NCBI GenBank assembly: GCA_030167865.1
Contig: JALAGF010005593.1
Coordinates: 1 to 64,000 of the forward strand
Direction: 5' to 3'
Source of the DNA: Craspedostauros australis
Lineage: Eukaryota
DNA: 64,000 nt
The notes beneath the pieces were generated by a model. The model was not told the DNA's origin and ran no database searches. It saw only the letters and a list, made by a program, of their open reading frames with translations. Shown piece by piece: positions 23,801-36,760 of the stretch. Made by a program: the position numbers and the translations under genes. Position 1 is the stretch's first letter; each line of letters begins with the position of its first letter.

Positions 23801-26240
23801 AGCCTTCCATGCCTTGACGGTTTGGACCTGTGAGTAGTCTGAGATGAGTACGTTTGGTGCCCTGACCTGCACGATGAAGCCGGTGAGCGTCCCTGGCGCC
23901 ATTGCCTCTCGTCGGAGCGGCTTGACCCAGATGAATTTGGACTCACTGTGTGCAAAGAGCTGGAAGCACTTGTAGTGTCAAATGGATGGGACCGTGGAGA
24001 AGAATAGATCGGTTTCCACTCTCCCCTTGATTCAGTGTGGCCGTAGCGCGCCCGCTCGCTGCGCACGGTACTGCCTCGGGATGAGTCTTGACTCCGCCTC
24101 GATGGGAGTATCGGCCAGCTGTGTCGATGCTGCTTTCGTTTTCTCGACCACCTGTTGTGGGAGATGCCAGAAGACCTTGTTGAAGTCAACACTGGTGTTG
24201 GATCGCCGAAGGCGTCTGTGTCTGTTGCATATAGTAATATGCTTAGTTTGTGCTAGCTTGCAAGCTGTCAGTTTACGAATTGGGATGCGCAGGGTATTGC
24301 CGTCATGATTGACCAGCGGGATGCTGATGTCGCCAGATGATATCCGTTGCTGCCTGTCGTATTGTCGAAGCCAATCGTAGATGCTGATGTCAGACGTGCG
24401 CATGTGGTGTGTATTGAACAACGACTCCATCTGCCGTGGATGCTTGTCGAGAGCCACGTAATATGCCTTGATGAGGATCACTCCGCCTTCTGGCGGGTCG
24501 TACGCTGCCGCTGCATCAACCACCGGAAACGTCTCGATTTGCGAGTCCACTGTCGCCCCTCGGGGTGGAACTGCTGCTGGTGATTTTGGGCAACCGCCCA
24601 TCCAGACTCATGAACAATGGTGCCGTCCGCGCCTGAGTCTAGAATGATATAGCCATGGCTACTATTCGTTACTCTTGCCCGTCGAATCGTGTGCTCTGTA
24701 TGCGGGTCGGCGCCTCTTGGACGCGACTCTCGTAGCGTATCCGGGGTCGTATGCCCTGGCCCGCTCTCCACGGCCTTTTGCGTCAAGTCCACACTGTCTT
24801 GGTCCTTGATGCATATGGCGACCTCTGACTGCTGGCACGAAGTGCCCATCATTGGTTGTCAGGAGCAATTGTCACATGGTCCATACTTCTTGGTTCGATT
24901 GGTCTTGTTGCCAAATCTGGTGCGCTTGTTGGGTTTGCGCTGAGTGTGATGCTCCTGGGTCTTCGCGCACTCAGCGGGTTTGTTGCGCTTGAACGTCTCC
25001 TTGCTGATGAGCTCTCCTGTCTTGCGGAAGTGACGCGAGGATTCCACCACAATCACTTGTGCGGGGGTGGGAAGGCTACAGAATACAATATCTGGTAGTC
25101 GGTACATCGGTGGTTTCTTGCGATCCCCGGATGTAGATTCAAACGGTCGCTTGCGGTCCGTTCGCCTGTCCTTCTGGTGTGCGCGTCGATTGCGCCGTGG
25201 AGATCTGTCGATCTCCGCGTTGGAGAGGACCTTGTTGTGCTTCATGAGAGTCTCGCAGACCCAATTGAAGGACTCTTCTGTCTCTTGGAGGCGAGAGACC
25301 GTACTGGTGAATCGCTCATCGCGAATGTTGTGGAAGAATCTTGCAATCTTCTGCTTGTCAATAATGGCCTTGCCATTGTCATTGATTGTCTGAACAGACA
25401 TGGAGAAGTCATTGACGAACGCGCTGAATGATCCAGATCCGTCGTAGACGAGTTTGGACAGTTTGCCTTCCTCTGTTGCCACAATGTCGGCCCTGTTCTC
25501 AGTGGATTCGTATGTGCGGATGAGGGCCTGGAAGGCTGCATGACCGCTGTCTTTCCACTAGGATCATGTAGTTAGCGTGTCCTTTGCACGTTTTCGAGTT
25601 GAGCACTGCGTAGAAGTGGGTGTCGACGTCCTCGCAGTAGTGGGCCCAGTGTGTCTCTTGCATGTAGTCTGCGTATCTGGTCGTGACCAGCTGGCGGATG
25701 AAGTCGGTCTTCCATTGATACCATTCGATGTTGATTCCGCTGAATGGCTCCACCTCTAGCAGCATGACTTTGTCATACTTCCATCCGGTTGGCGTTGATG
25801 GCGATCGGCGTACTTCCAGTGGGCGCCTTGGTGAGTGTACCACAACCTTGCAGCTCATTACCTCGGAAAGTTCACGATTGGCGGCTTCCTTCATCGCAAG
25901 TTTCAATTGCATTTGGGTTGCCTTGCTGGCGACAGGAGTCTTGATGGTTGGTACCTCATACCCGGTTGTTGTAGTGAACTCGTTGATGGCCGCCCAATTG
26001 GTTGCTTGGTCGATTTGCCGTTCTTTCGTGAAAGCAAAGATGCGAAGGATGTTCTCAATGTTGATCGAGGTGAGTGTTGGTGAGAGAGCCAGCGCTTGAA
26101 TGATGTTTTTTGTCTGGACTCTTGATGGCATGTTCGATCCTTCTGAGTTGCTTGTTGATGAACTCCATTTCTTTGTCATCGAGGTCAGCAAGTTCCTTGG
26201 TTACGGCTGTCAAAGCTCGGTTGTTGATCGGTCTTGCCAT
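20849..26240 (-). pseudogene. gag-pol polyprotein pseudogene (multiple frameshifts and stops, one N gap in RT)
   Basis: Gag fragments (EPFSGINIEWYQWK; LVYDGSGSFSAFVNDF), protease ILDSGADGT, integrase (LISDYS; NQNRAERAISDLK; FWCYTVQH), RT (IFAVKQDLRRKGRLVAGGH; VGNAFVNA), RNase H (FVDADHAHDLVTRRS; STYGAEF; FCDN; KKHVAISFH). Confidence 0.93.
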
Positions 26241-26280
26241 GGTGGTCGATGTTGTAAAGGTGATAAGCTTGTTGGTAAAC

Positions 26281-26294
26281 CACAACTCTTAATC
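26281..26294 (-). other. Putative primer-binding site complementary to the tRNA-Lys(CUU) anticodon arm
   Basis: The minus strand directly after the 5' LTR reads GATTAAGAGTTGTG (no TGG); the + strand ACTCTTAATC equals the conserved tRNA-Lys(CUU) anticodon stem-loop, nt 31-40. Confidence 0.65.
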
Positions 26295-26456
26295 TGTCAA
26301 AGTGCACAAGTAACTCCTGGAGACGTATTGGCCCGTTGTTGCATGCTCTGGTCAGAGCTCTTGTTCTTTTATTGTGAGTTTTCCGAGGACAATTTCCAAC
26401 CAGTACTTTGACTCATATGATTTGTAAAGAGGTAAAAAGTACAGAGAAAGCTGTCA
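26295..26456 (-). repeat. 5' LTR (162 bp)
   Basis: Minus strand reads TGACAGCTTTCTC...GCACTTTGACA; direct repeat of 20674-20836. Confidence 0.95.
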
Positions 26457-27401
26457 CCTGCCATCATCACCATTGTTTCTCTCGCCAACACCACCTTCAT
26501 TGCCATCACCATTGCCTTCCATGATGGGATCATTCAGGTTGCTTTCCCCATCACCATCTTTGTTGCCATCACCACCATCGTCCTTGACAACAGCATTGCT
26601 GTGGCTAGCACCACCACCTTNNNNNNNNNNNNNNNNNNNNNNNNNNNNNNNNNNNNNNNNNNNNNNNNNNNNNNNNNNNNNNNNNNNNNNNNNNNNNNNN
26701 NNNNCGTCATCATGGCTGTCTATGTCAATGCTGCCCCAATCAACACCACTGTCGCTGTCAGCATCATCGTGGTCATCGAATGCATGACGGATAACGCCAT
26801 GTCTGTCATGAAATAGGAGTAGTACCTTTGTGTGCGGTCTGGGGTAGCCGTTGTCAAAAACGGAATGGTTGATGTAGATCTTCATGAACAAGTTGAAAAA
26901 CGCAGATGATAGTTGGATTGGATAGATCGCCCTGATTATTTTTTGTCGATGGCATGGATGATACCAATGGANGGGTTGTTGACAAACAGGATGGCGACGA
27001 GGAGCACGTAGCCTGTGACGAACAAGGCAATTCGCATGCACAAGAAGCTGCAGGAGAAGCGAGACAACCAACTGCGGAAACCAGGGAATAGCGCAATGAA
27101 ATCCCCATCATGAAAACATCAAGATAGTGACGTTGCGATAGGAAGAAACGCTGACGAGGCGCATATCGCCAAAATATAACCGTAATTAACCGAAAAGACA
27201 CTATCGAAAATATTAAGTCACGAACAACCAAGACCCATTTCCGAAATTTGAGGAGGAAAAATAACACGGCGTTGTGCGTGGTAGATAAGGGCGTATAACT
27301 CTTGAAGCAAAGGTCGGATGAAGACCATTTTTATATGGATAAGATCGCACGGTGGTCTAGATTATGTTTTTATATATCATGTTAAATTTTACGAAAATCT
27401 G

Positions 27402-27443
27402 AGTCACGACTAGGCGCGACTGCACCTTCGTTCACTCGGGTGG
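27402..27443 (-). repeat. Right inverted repeat of the outer element
   Basis: Reverse complement is CCACCCGAGTGAACGAAGGTGCAGTCGCGCCTAGTCGTGACT; 4 transition mismatches to the left copy. Confidence 0.85.
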
Positions 27444-27698
27444 CAACATAAATGTTGCCACCGTCTGTAAGTCATCCGATGCGTTTCGCAGAACGCGCTG
27501 GAAAATTCCACACAACAACAGCAATACCATGGTGGCGCAGGGAGCAGCCCAAAAACGAAGACAAAGACAGGAAACAAAGCCACGGCAATCAGTTCACGAC
27601 AACAACACAAGAGCGAGGTTCCGGAAACTCCGACGTCCTCATCACACACAAGACCTTCAAGCAGAGCTGCAGCAGACGAACACACGAACTCGGACCGG

Positions 27699-27746
27699 CA
27701 CAGACAATCACAGACAATCACAGACAATCACAGACAATCACAGACA
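27699..27746. repeat. 10-bp tandem repeat (CACAGACAAT) x4.8 just 5' of the DPY30 ATG
   Basis: Read directly. Confidence 0.9.
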
Positions 27747-27752
27747 GACAAG

Positions 27753-28489
27753 ATGAACGGAGGACCACCGCAAGGATCCGGAATGCAGCAGTACAGACAG
27801 GGCCCGGGCAACCCCGGCGCCCTGCAATCGTTGCAGCAGATCCAACAACAGCAACAGCAGCTGCAGAACCTGATCGTTCAGACCCAGCAGCGCAACCAGG
27901 GGCTTCAGCAGCAGACGCATCAGCAGCAGCAACAGCAGCAGATGCCCATGGGAAACATGGGGCAGGGACCACCACAGAACATGCAGTCGGCCGGTGCGCC
28001 GCAGCAGCAGCAGGCCCAGATTCAGGGGTTGCCCATTCGTGCTTACCTCGATCAGACGGTGGTGCCAATCCTTTTGGACGGTAAGCCATCAAGCAGCTTC
28101 GTCATGCTCATTTCTTCCACGCGTCGTGGTTGGAGACAGAGCCTTCATGATCGTGGTTGCCTCCCGTGTCCAACTTCTTGCTGTCCCAGTCTTGTCCACA
28201 CTTCCGCACCATTCGTCTCACCCACGCGCTCACCTATTTCTGGCTTGTGATTACATGTGATGGTGTGCGATACAAATCCCTTCGCTCCACTCAAATCTGC
28301 TTACCCGATGATTTGTCATTCTGATCCACATCATTCGTCTGCCACGTCGCGACTCCAGGCATGTGCGAGTTGGTGAAGGAACGTCCCAGCAATCCAATCG
28401 AGTACCTGGCCGCTTACCTCCTGAAGCACGATCCATCTCGCGCTGGAAACTCCAACCAACAGGGCAACGGTATGCCGATGCAACGCTGA
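27753..28489 (+). CDS. DPY30: Dpy-30 motif protein (COMPASS subunit), exons 27753-28080 and 28359-28489
   Basis: Spliced product LPIRAYLDQTVVPILLDG|MCELVKERPSNPIEYLAAYLLKH is the Dpy-30 motif; Q/G/M-rich N-terminus; GT-AG phase-1 intron. Confidence 0.93.
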
Positions 28490-29820
28490 GCAATGGATTC
28501 CTCGGATATCTAGCGTCATTGACATGGTGCACGATATTGTGGGAGTAGCGCCGCATCGCATCATATCACATCACTCAATACTCGTGGATGCAAGACTCTG
28601 CATCATCTCTTCCCATTCGTGCCGAGTAGATAGGGAAATTGGAAGGAACAGTAGTGGCATTGCAACAACAATGCATACTTTACCAAGCAGCAGCGTGATA
28701 CTATCTTGAGCCGCACAATGTGATGCAACAAACCCGAGCAGCAACAGGGACACAATGAAACCGCCAACATCCCAAACATTGTCCCCGTAGAGCCTATTTC
28801 TCCAGAGAAAACATGACAGCGCCAGGAAGGACACGAAAGCAAAGTGTTTTCTTAAATTAGCATTGGAATATTGTGCTTACCACACTGTAGCAGGGACAGG
28901 GATACGAGCGTTCGGAGGCATTGGGTTGTCAGGTACCTGCGGATATGCACTCGTTATCACGCATGCCTGTATTGGTACGATAGATGAGGATAGATATGAG
29001 TACCCTGCTCATGCTGATATGTGTGCATTGTGGGGACTCTTCTTGTTGGCAGCCTTGCAGACCTGCACTGGCGGCGACAGGAGGGACTCTCTGCAAGGCA
29101 TGGCGAATGTCGAACCCATGACGTCGTACTATGATTGTATTGGATTGGTCCCTATTACTCTCTGGGAAGAGAGGTTGAGCTGGGCTTGTCAATCCCTCCG
29201 TCAAACGTACGTACCTATGCATGTGCCACACCTAGGTGTGCTGATACAACCTGCGCCCGTGGCTGAGGATGCCATCATGCGCGTGTTGTGAATACCAAGA
29301 TCGAGTCAGAAGATGACACGTTAGTGGAGAACTCTATGGACAGATGTGTTCATGCTTGCACGAGTACGGCCATGTATGCCTCGTCGATTCGGCATGTTGA
29401 TCAGATCACAACGCCGTCACTGAGGGTCTTGGGCCAAGATCATTACTCGTACGGCATCATCACACTCGTGCAATGATGCAGCGCATGATAGCAACGGCCC
29501 AAAGCATACCTTGCTTTCATCCGTCTCGCTTACGACGCTATTCGAGGGAGCGGAGAACCATCTACGGAAACATGCCTTCATACCGGGGATGCAGCCATCC
29601 GGATGTCTCCGATCAACGACACAAAACACGCACAAGGAATGATGGGGTCAACGGTTCTACTCTACGCTATTGCGATTGTCATTGTCCATTTTTTGAGTGT
29701 TTATGCAAGGGTTACGTGGAGGATCGATATCTTTAGACAACGGGCGGCAACCGGCGACGCCGACAGGGCAGAGTACTTTGCTCTGTTCCGAAGATCTGCT
29801 GGTGCGCACGCGTAGTGTAT

Positions 29821-31589
<1,769 letters not shown>

Positions 31590-32407
31590 TCAATGATCGG
31601 GGAAATTCGTTTTCTACGTATTTCATCTACTGTAGACATGGACAGTGAGGAGTGTCAACAAGTGGGCCGCTCTTTTGTTCGCTTCGACGGACACGGTTGC
31701 GGGTATCAAATGCGTTAAATAGAATTCAAAATATGTCGTATTTGAGCTAATTTAGCCAACTACGACATGCTACATTCGTTTTTGAATGGACCAGAATGAA
31801 ACAGTCGAGTGACTCGGATTGGATGAAGAGTGGAGTCTTCGAAGTGTTGATGACAATGACCTCGATGACTTTAGTCGGAGAAATCATCGATTGTGAGAAC
31901 AACTTCGATTTTTCTCACTTCGACCACCAGATGAGGAATGACTTCGGGTCACGACGAGGAAGCGTCTCCACGATGGCGCGAACGGGCGGAACCGCCGACG
32001 ATGATACAGAAGCTCCTCCCAAGCTCCCTGTTGACGATGGCGACGGTGGCAGCGACGTTGTAACGGTATCTGCGTTTCATGGTTTGGTAATTCCGTCACA
32101 TGACTTTCCGCCAATGATAGGAGCAGAAGGATCAGACATCTGCATTGGTAGCTCATGCGCGGACGGTGCCAAGGGTGACCAAGTGTGGATTGGCGAAGGC
32201 ACAGAGCCGGAAGGAGGGAACGTATCCAAAGATCTGAGAAAGACTTCGGACTGAGCACGACCCTGACTTCTGCGAAACTTCCTGACAGAGTCCATCAGTT
32301 CGAGTACCCTCTTGCAACGCTGATCGTGATACCGCTCTCGAATCACATCCCATCCCATTCCATTCTACCATAGCAAGAACAAAGACCAAGACCAAGACAA
32401 TTCCATC

Positions 32408-32980
32408 ATGATTTCAGCAGCAGCATCCGGCAGGAAACGGCATCGCAACATCCGCCATCCCGTCGATGGAGGGAAGACGTCTGCTCACCTTTCTACTGCT
32501 CCAAGTGCTGCAAACCGTGCTCATGGAAAGATGAGCATGTTATATATGCTGCCTCAGCATCTTGCAATGGCGCGTCCAATGGCATTGACAATGGCAACGC
32601 AGTGCGAAGCATATGGCGAAGGTGAAGATGGGACATCTCGCTCTTCCCCACGCCCCGCTCACCAGGTCGACACTGGCCCCATCATTCCAAATTCACGTGT
32701 GGGTGCCAATGCCAATGCAGCTGCCACGCAGGAAGCGCTGCTGGAGGCTATGCATCGGCGCCGGATCGAAGAGCTGCAGCGGGAGTTGCGGGAGGAGGGA
32801 TGCAGCGCATGCATGTACACCGGGATGGCAACTTGTACCGGGCTGTCGTTGTACTTTGCCAAGTTGGCCACGGATGACACCACTCTGCGCAAAAACAGAC
32901 GGTTTCTGTGGTGCTGCTCTGGGGCATCCCTTGTGGCTGGTGCATATCGCTGGTATTTGGGCAAGGAGTTTGGACACTGA
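32408..32980 (+). CDS. Small membrane protein, DUF4536/DMAC1-like
   Basis: C-terminal GCSACMYTGMATCTGLSLYF followed by a second hydrophobic helix ending GAYRW; start uncertain. Confidence 0.6.
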   Translation: MISAAASGRKRHRNIRHPVDGGKTSAHLSTAPSAANRAHGKMSMLYMLPQHLAMARPMALTMATQCEAYGEGEDGTSRSSPRPAHQVDTGPIIPNSRVGANANAAATQEALLEAMHRRRIEELQRELREEGCSACMYTGMATCTGLSLYFAKLATDDTTLRKNRRFLWCCSGASLVAGAYRWYLGKEFGH

Positions 32981-33498
32981 CATTGGCTCCTGTAAGTTGC
33001 TGTAGAGCCATTGGGTATGGAGTAGAAGTCCCCGTGTCCTGTTCCTCCTAGTGCAATGTTCTGCGCAGGTACGAAGGTGCATGCAGGGTAGACAACAGAT
33101 GTGTGTTGCCTGCAGGATGAACCATGTAATAGCACGAGCACTCTATTACTGCAACACAATACAACGGAACAAAGAATTGGATTGCGCTGTTGCTGACAGA
33201 TCGTGTTTGCAGATACTCTGCTCTACACACTCAACTCTTCGTCAGCGTGTGCGTCCGGCGTTCCGCCTGGTTGTGGTCATCCCGCGAGGATGGGACCGAT
33301 GATTGGATGTTACACAAAAAGTACGTTCATTGATCGACGAGGACTCGAGGCTCTCTAGAGCGTACGAGTACCTACGAGTACTAATACTCGTGATGCTAGT
33401 ACTCTCGAATTATGGTATTGTTACTTATGGCGTCCAGGAAGATGAGGAAGTCACTTCCTCGTTCTCTTGAGAGTGTTGTCCATCCTACCTCCTTGCAT

Positions 33499-35735
33499 CT
33501 ACGGCACTTTCAACCCATTCTTCGATGGTTCCAACAACTTCTCCAGGATGGTCGGTGCCATCTCCGCAAGCTCCTTCGCCACCTCCGACCTCGGTACGCC
33601 AGGTTTTCCCTTCAATTCGATGTAGTACTTGAACTTGGGTTCCGTCCCGCTGGCACGGAACTGCGCAATGCAGCCGTTCGTGAATCGCAGGGTCATCATT
33701 GGAGATGATTTCGAGGTCGGCAACGTGGGCTTGTTGTCCGGTGTCAATGAATCATATCCTGGCTCTCCAAGATCCCGCACCGACTCGATCTCGTACGGGC
33801 CCACATCGATGTCGTACTTGCCACCGCTCCGTATCCGATCCATGATGGGACCGACAACACCGGAATCATGCATGAAGTAGTACCCATTGTCGGTGACGAA
33901 TTCGCCGTACTTGTCGTAGATGCCTTGCAAGTGCTGCTTCAGGGTTTGCTTTTGCTCCAAGTAAACGTTGCAGGTCAGTTCTGCGAAAACGGCCATTGCG
34001 CTGATGCCATCCTTGTCGAACAGCGTGTTGCCACAGCAAAACCCGATCGCTTCTTCATACCCAAACAGCGATGTGTACTCCTCCGTTCGATTCAGCTCGT
34101 TCAACCTGGAACCGATCCACTTGAAGCCCGTCATGGTGTCCTCAAAGTGAAATCCTTCGACATCAGCGATCTGCTTCAGCAGTTTCGACGAAGCTGTCGA
34201 TGCGCACATGGCGACCTTCTATTGATGCATGGTCGGGCGAAACGTGTCGCATCGCATGGCGTTCCATTTCGTGGTGAGGGAATGTATGGCAATACCGCAG
34301 CATAGCAGTCGAGCAGGATTGTGAGATTGTCGAATGATCAAATGGTGGACGTGATGGAAGTGAGCATGGGCGCCAAATGGGACAAATCTGAAAAAATACT
34401 TGGTGATGCAGGATCGAAGCGAAGCGAAAGACTCTCTTCTGTCTAGGGGGAGATGAAACAAATGGGGAAACACGTTCGTATTCGTACCTTGCCGCTGATC
34501 TTCTTCCCGACCTGCTCCCAAATCCACAGCCCCAGCATCGCGCCGATCTGATCTCCATGAAAGACTGTCCATTGCTTGGTGACGCGATCCAGCTCCGCCA
34601 CGGCCAGGCGATCGGCGTCAGGATCATTGGCCAGCACGATGCAGGCATTCTTTGATTCTGCAAAGGACTTGGCTAAATCCAGCGCGCCCTTTTCCTCGGG
34701 ATTTGGGAACGGGACTGTAGGGAAAGATGCATCTGGTTCCTGCTGCTGCGGGACGCTGTGGAACGGTGGCAAATCGAACGCTTCGAACACCTGCTTCGCA
34801 TATTTGTGCCCTACGCCATGCATGGCCGTGTAGACGAAGGAAGGTGGTGCGATGGATGCCGTGGATTCCAAAGTCTCAGTTGCAGCGCTATTGGGCTTGT
34901 AGTCCGCAATCAATTGACCTTGTCCCGTCTTCAAGCCGCTGCGTTGCAATGCCTCGAAGTACTTTGCCGTCATTCTCTGCGTGGTGGCCGGGTCGCTAAG
35001 TCCCAAGCATGGATCGTTGCTCTGCGCCTCCAGCTTCTGCAGTTGATCTCCATAGTCCGCCCAGGGCTCGAGGTTTTGCAAGATCTCGTCGGCGATCTCC
35101 GCATCCATGGGGGATCGGATCTGGCAGGCATCCTGCGCGTAGACCTTGTAGCCGTTGTCTGCTTTTGGGTTGTGAGATGCCGTGATCATGATGCCAACCA
35201 CGGCACCCAGGTCCTGCATCGTGAATGGCACCAGGGGCGTGAAGCTGTGGCCATCCAGGAGGATGCACTCCATGCCAGCCTGCAGGAACGCCAACGCCGT
35301 GAACAATGCGAAGGATCGTGACGACAGTTGATACTCTGGATTCTCGCGGTGGTCGTATCCGACGACGGCAATCAGTTTCTTTGGCTGCTCGCCATCCTTG
35401 GTTGTGTCGCCGACACTGTCAGAAACATCCAGTTGCTGTTGCTGCTGTTGTTTTTGCTGCTTCTGACAATACGTTGCCAATCCCTGCGCCGTTTGGACGA
35501 CGGTGAGATCGTTCATGCCCAACGGTCCTGGTTGCATGGCGGATCTGAGGCCAGCAGTACCGAAGCTGATTCGTTTGCCGGACGATGGGAAGAGCTGCTC
35601 CAGCACATCATGATCAGACGAGTTGGCCTGCTGAATGAGAGTCTTGACGTGCTGCTTGGTGATGGGGTTGGGATCTAGATGCGCCCATGTCGAAGCTCTG
35701 GCAAGTGACGTTTCGCTCATCGTTGGAGGGATCAT
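33499..35735 (-). CDS. PGM2: Phosphoglucomutase/phosphopentomutase (PGM2 family), exons ~35735-34488 and 34218-33499
   Basis: FGTAGLR, catalytic ITASHNP, YTAMHGVG, FPNPEE, metal loop NDPDADR, TGFKW, FGYEEAIG, DKDG, RASGTEPKFKYY; one GT-AG intron with a NAGNAG acceptor. Confidence 0.95.
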
Positions 35736-36760
35736 GCTGCTGCCAGGATGCTTGATTGACGCGGGATCAAGTATGGGTACGAGCCACAAGTCGAGTGAAG
35801 AGAAGTCGAATCGAATGGAGCACTAGCACGACAAGAGAGTAGCAGGGAATGTGTGGTGCGGTGGTATGCTGTTGCTCGTTTGATTGCAGATATCATGGAC
35901 TCCTCGTGATGTGTTGCCCAATTCGTGCCCGTTCGATCTACTCGTACTCGTTGTGTGTGTGTGGGTGACGGAGCATGACGCCGTGCGTCATCAAAGCGTC
36001 CTTCGACTGAAGGGGAACGACGTGATGTGTTCTCGCAAGCGTGAGGCGTGTTCGTCATTGTTTTCGCGTCATTTTCGTTGTCGCCGTTTGCGAATTCTGT
36101 GACGACACTCGTGATTGGATCGATTCAACTGCGGACTCGTGACCGAAGGGTCATTGCGACACACGGTCATTCGCCAAAGCAGAATGGGCATGTTTGGCAC
36201 AACACTGAAGCAGTACCGTCCCAGCGAAGATTCTCTCATCCCTGCGTCGTGGCGTTCTGTGCGCGAAACAGCACGAACCAAGAAACAACACACGACAAAA
36301 CGACATCACCACTCCGCGCAACGAAGCACGACAAGCAGCCACTCGACCGGTTTGCTCTGGCGTGGCCACCGCGTTCAACGCGTTCAACGCTCCCTTCGCC
36401 GCCTTCGCTACCTCGCGCTCCTGTCATGGTGGGAAGGATACACGTACAGCGTGCGCAGAGAGAGAGAGGGAAGGAACAGCACAGACGGAGACAGACAAAG
36501 ACGCAACGCAGACAACCAAACCAACAGAGACAAGGAGGAGAGAGAGAGGCTGTCGACACCAGCAACAGCACCAACAACAACCAACGAAGGCTCACCCACC
36601 ATCCACGAGCACATCAAACCACCACACGACGCCACCAACTTGCGGAACAACAGGGACCTTCGCACGAACAGCAATAAAACCAGACCACCAAGAACAGCAG
36701 CGGCAACAGCGACAACAGCAGCAACAACAACAACTACTACCCACAACAAGACCAAGCAAG

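Larger units (their letters stand above)
20674..26456 (-). mobile_element. Full-length degenerate Ty1/copia LTR retrotransposon (CoDi-like)
   Basis: Two TG...CA LTRs; TSD CTTGC (20669-20673) / CCTGC (26457-26461); domain order gag-PR-IN-RT-RH on the minus strand; PPT next to the 3' LTR. Confidence 0.95.
19637..27071 (-). pseudogene. Frameshifted ORF remnant of the outer element, split by the copia insertion (pieces ~27071-26457 and 20673-19637)
   Basis: The Asp/Gly-rich frame ...GERNNGDDGR continues as DGNGDETTGDGDSDGRDGD once the retroelement and one TSD copy are removed; downstream fragments lie in shifting frames. Confidence 0.55.
19379..27443. mobile_element. Decayed DNA element bounded by 42-bp inverted repeats, carrying a nested copia insertion; superfamily unassigned
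   Basis: 19379-19420 matches the reverse complement of 27402-27443 at 38/42 nt; AT-rich subterminal zones lie inside both ends; internal ORF remnants are broken; no TSD found. Confidence 0.75.

Noticed and set aside
24000..26240. Programmed frameshifting in gag-pol
   Set aside because: Frameshifts are numerous and accompanied by in-frame stops, which fits decay or assembly error.
31796..32254. 152-aa ORF upstream of calmodulin
   Set aside because: No recognisable motif or splice link to a neighbour; cannot be supported as a gene without expression data.
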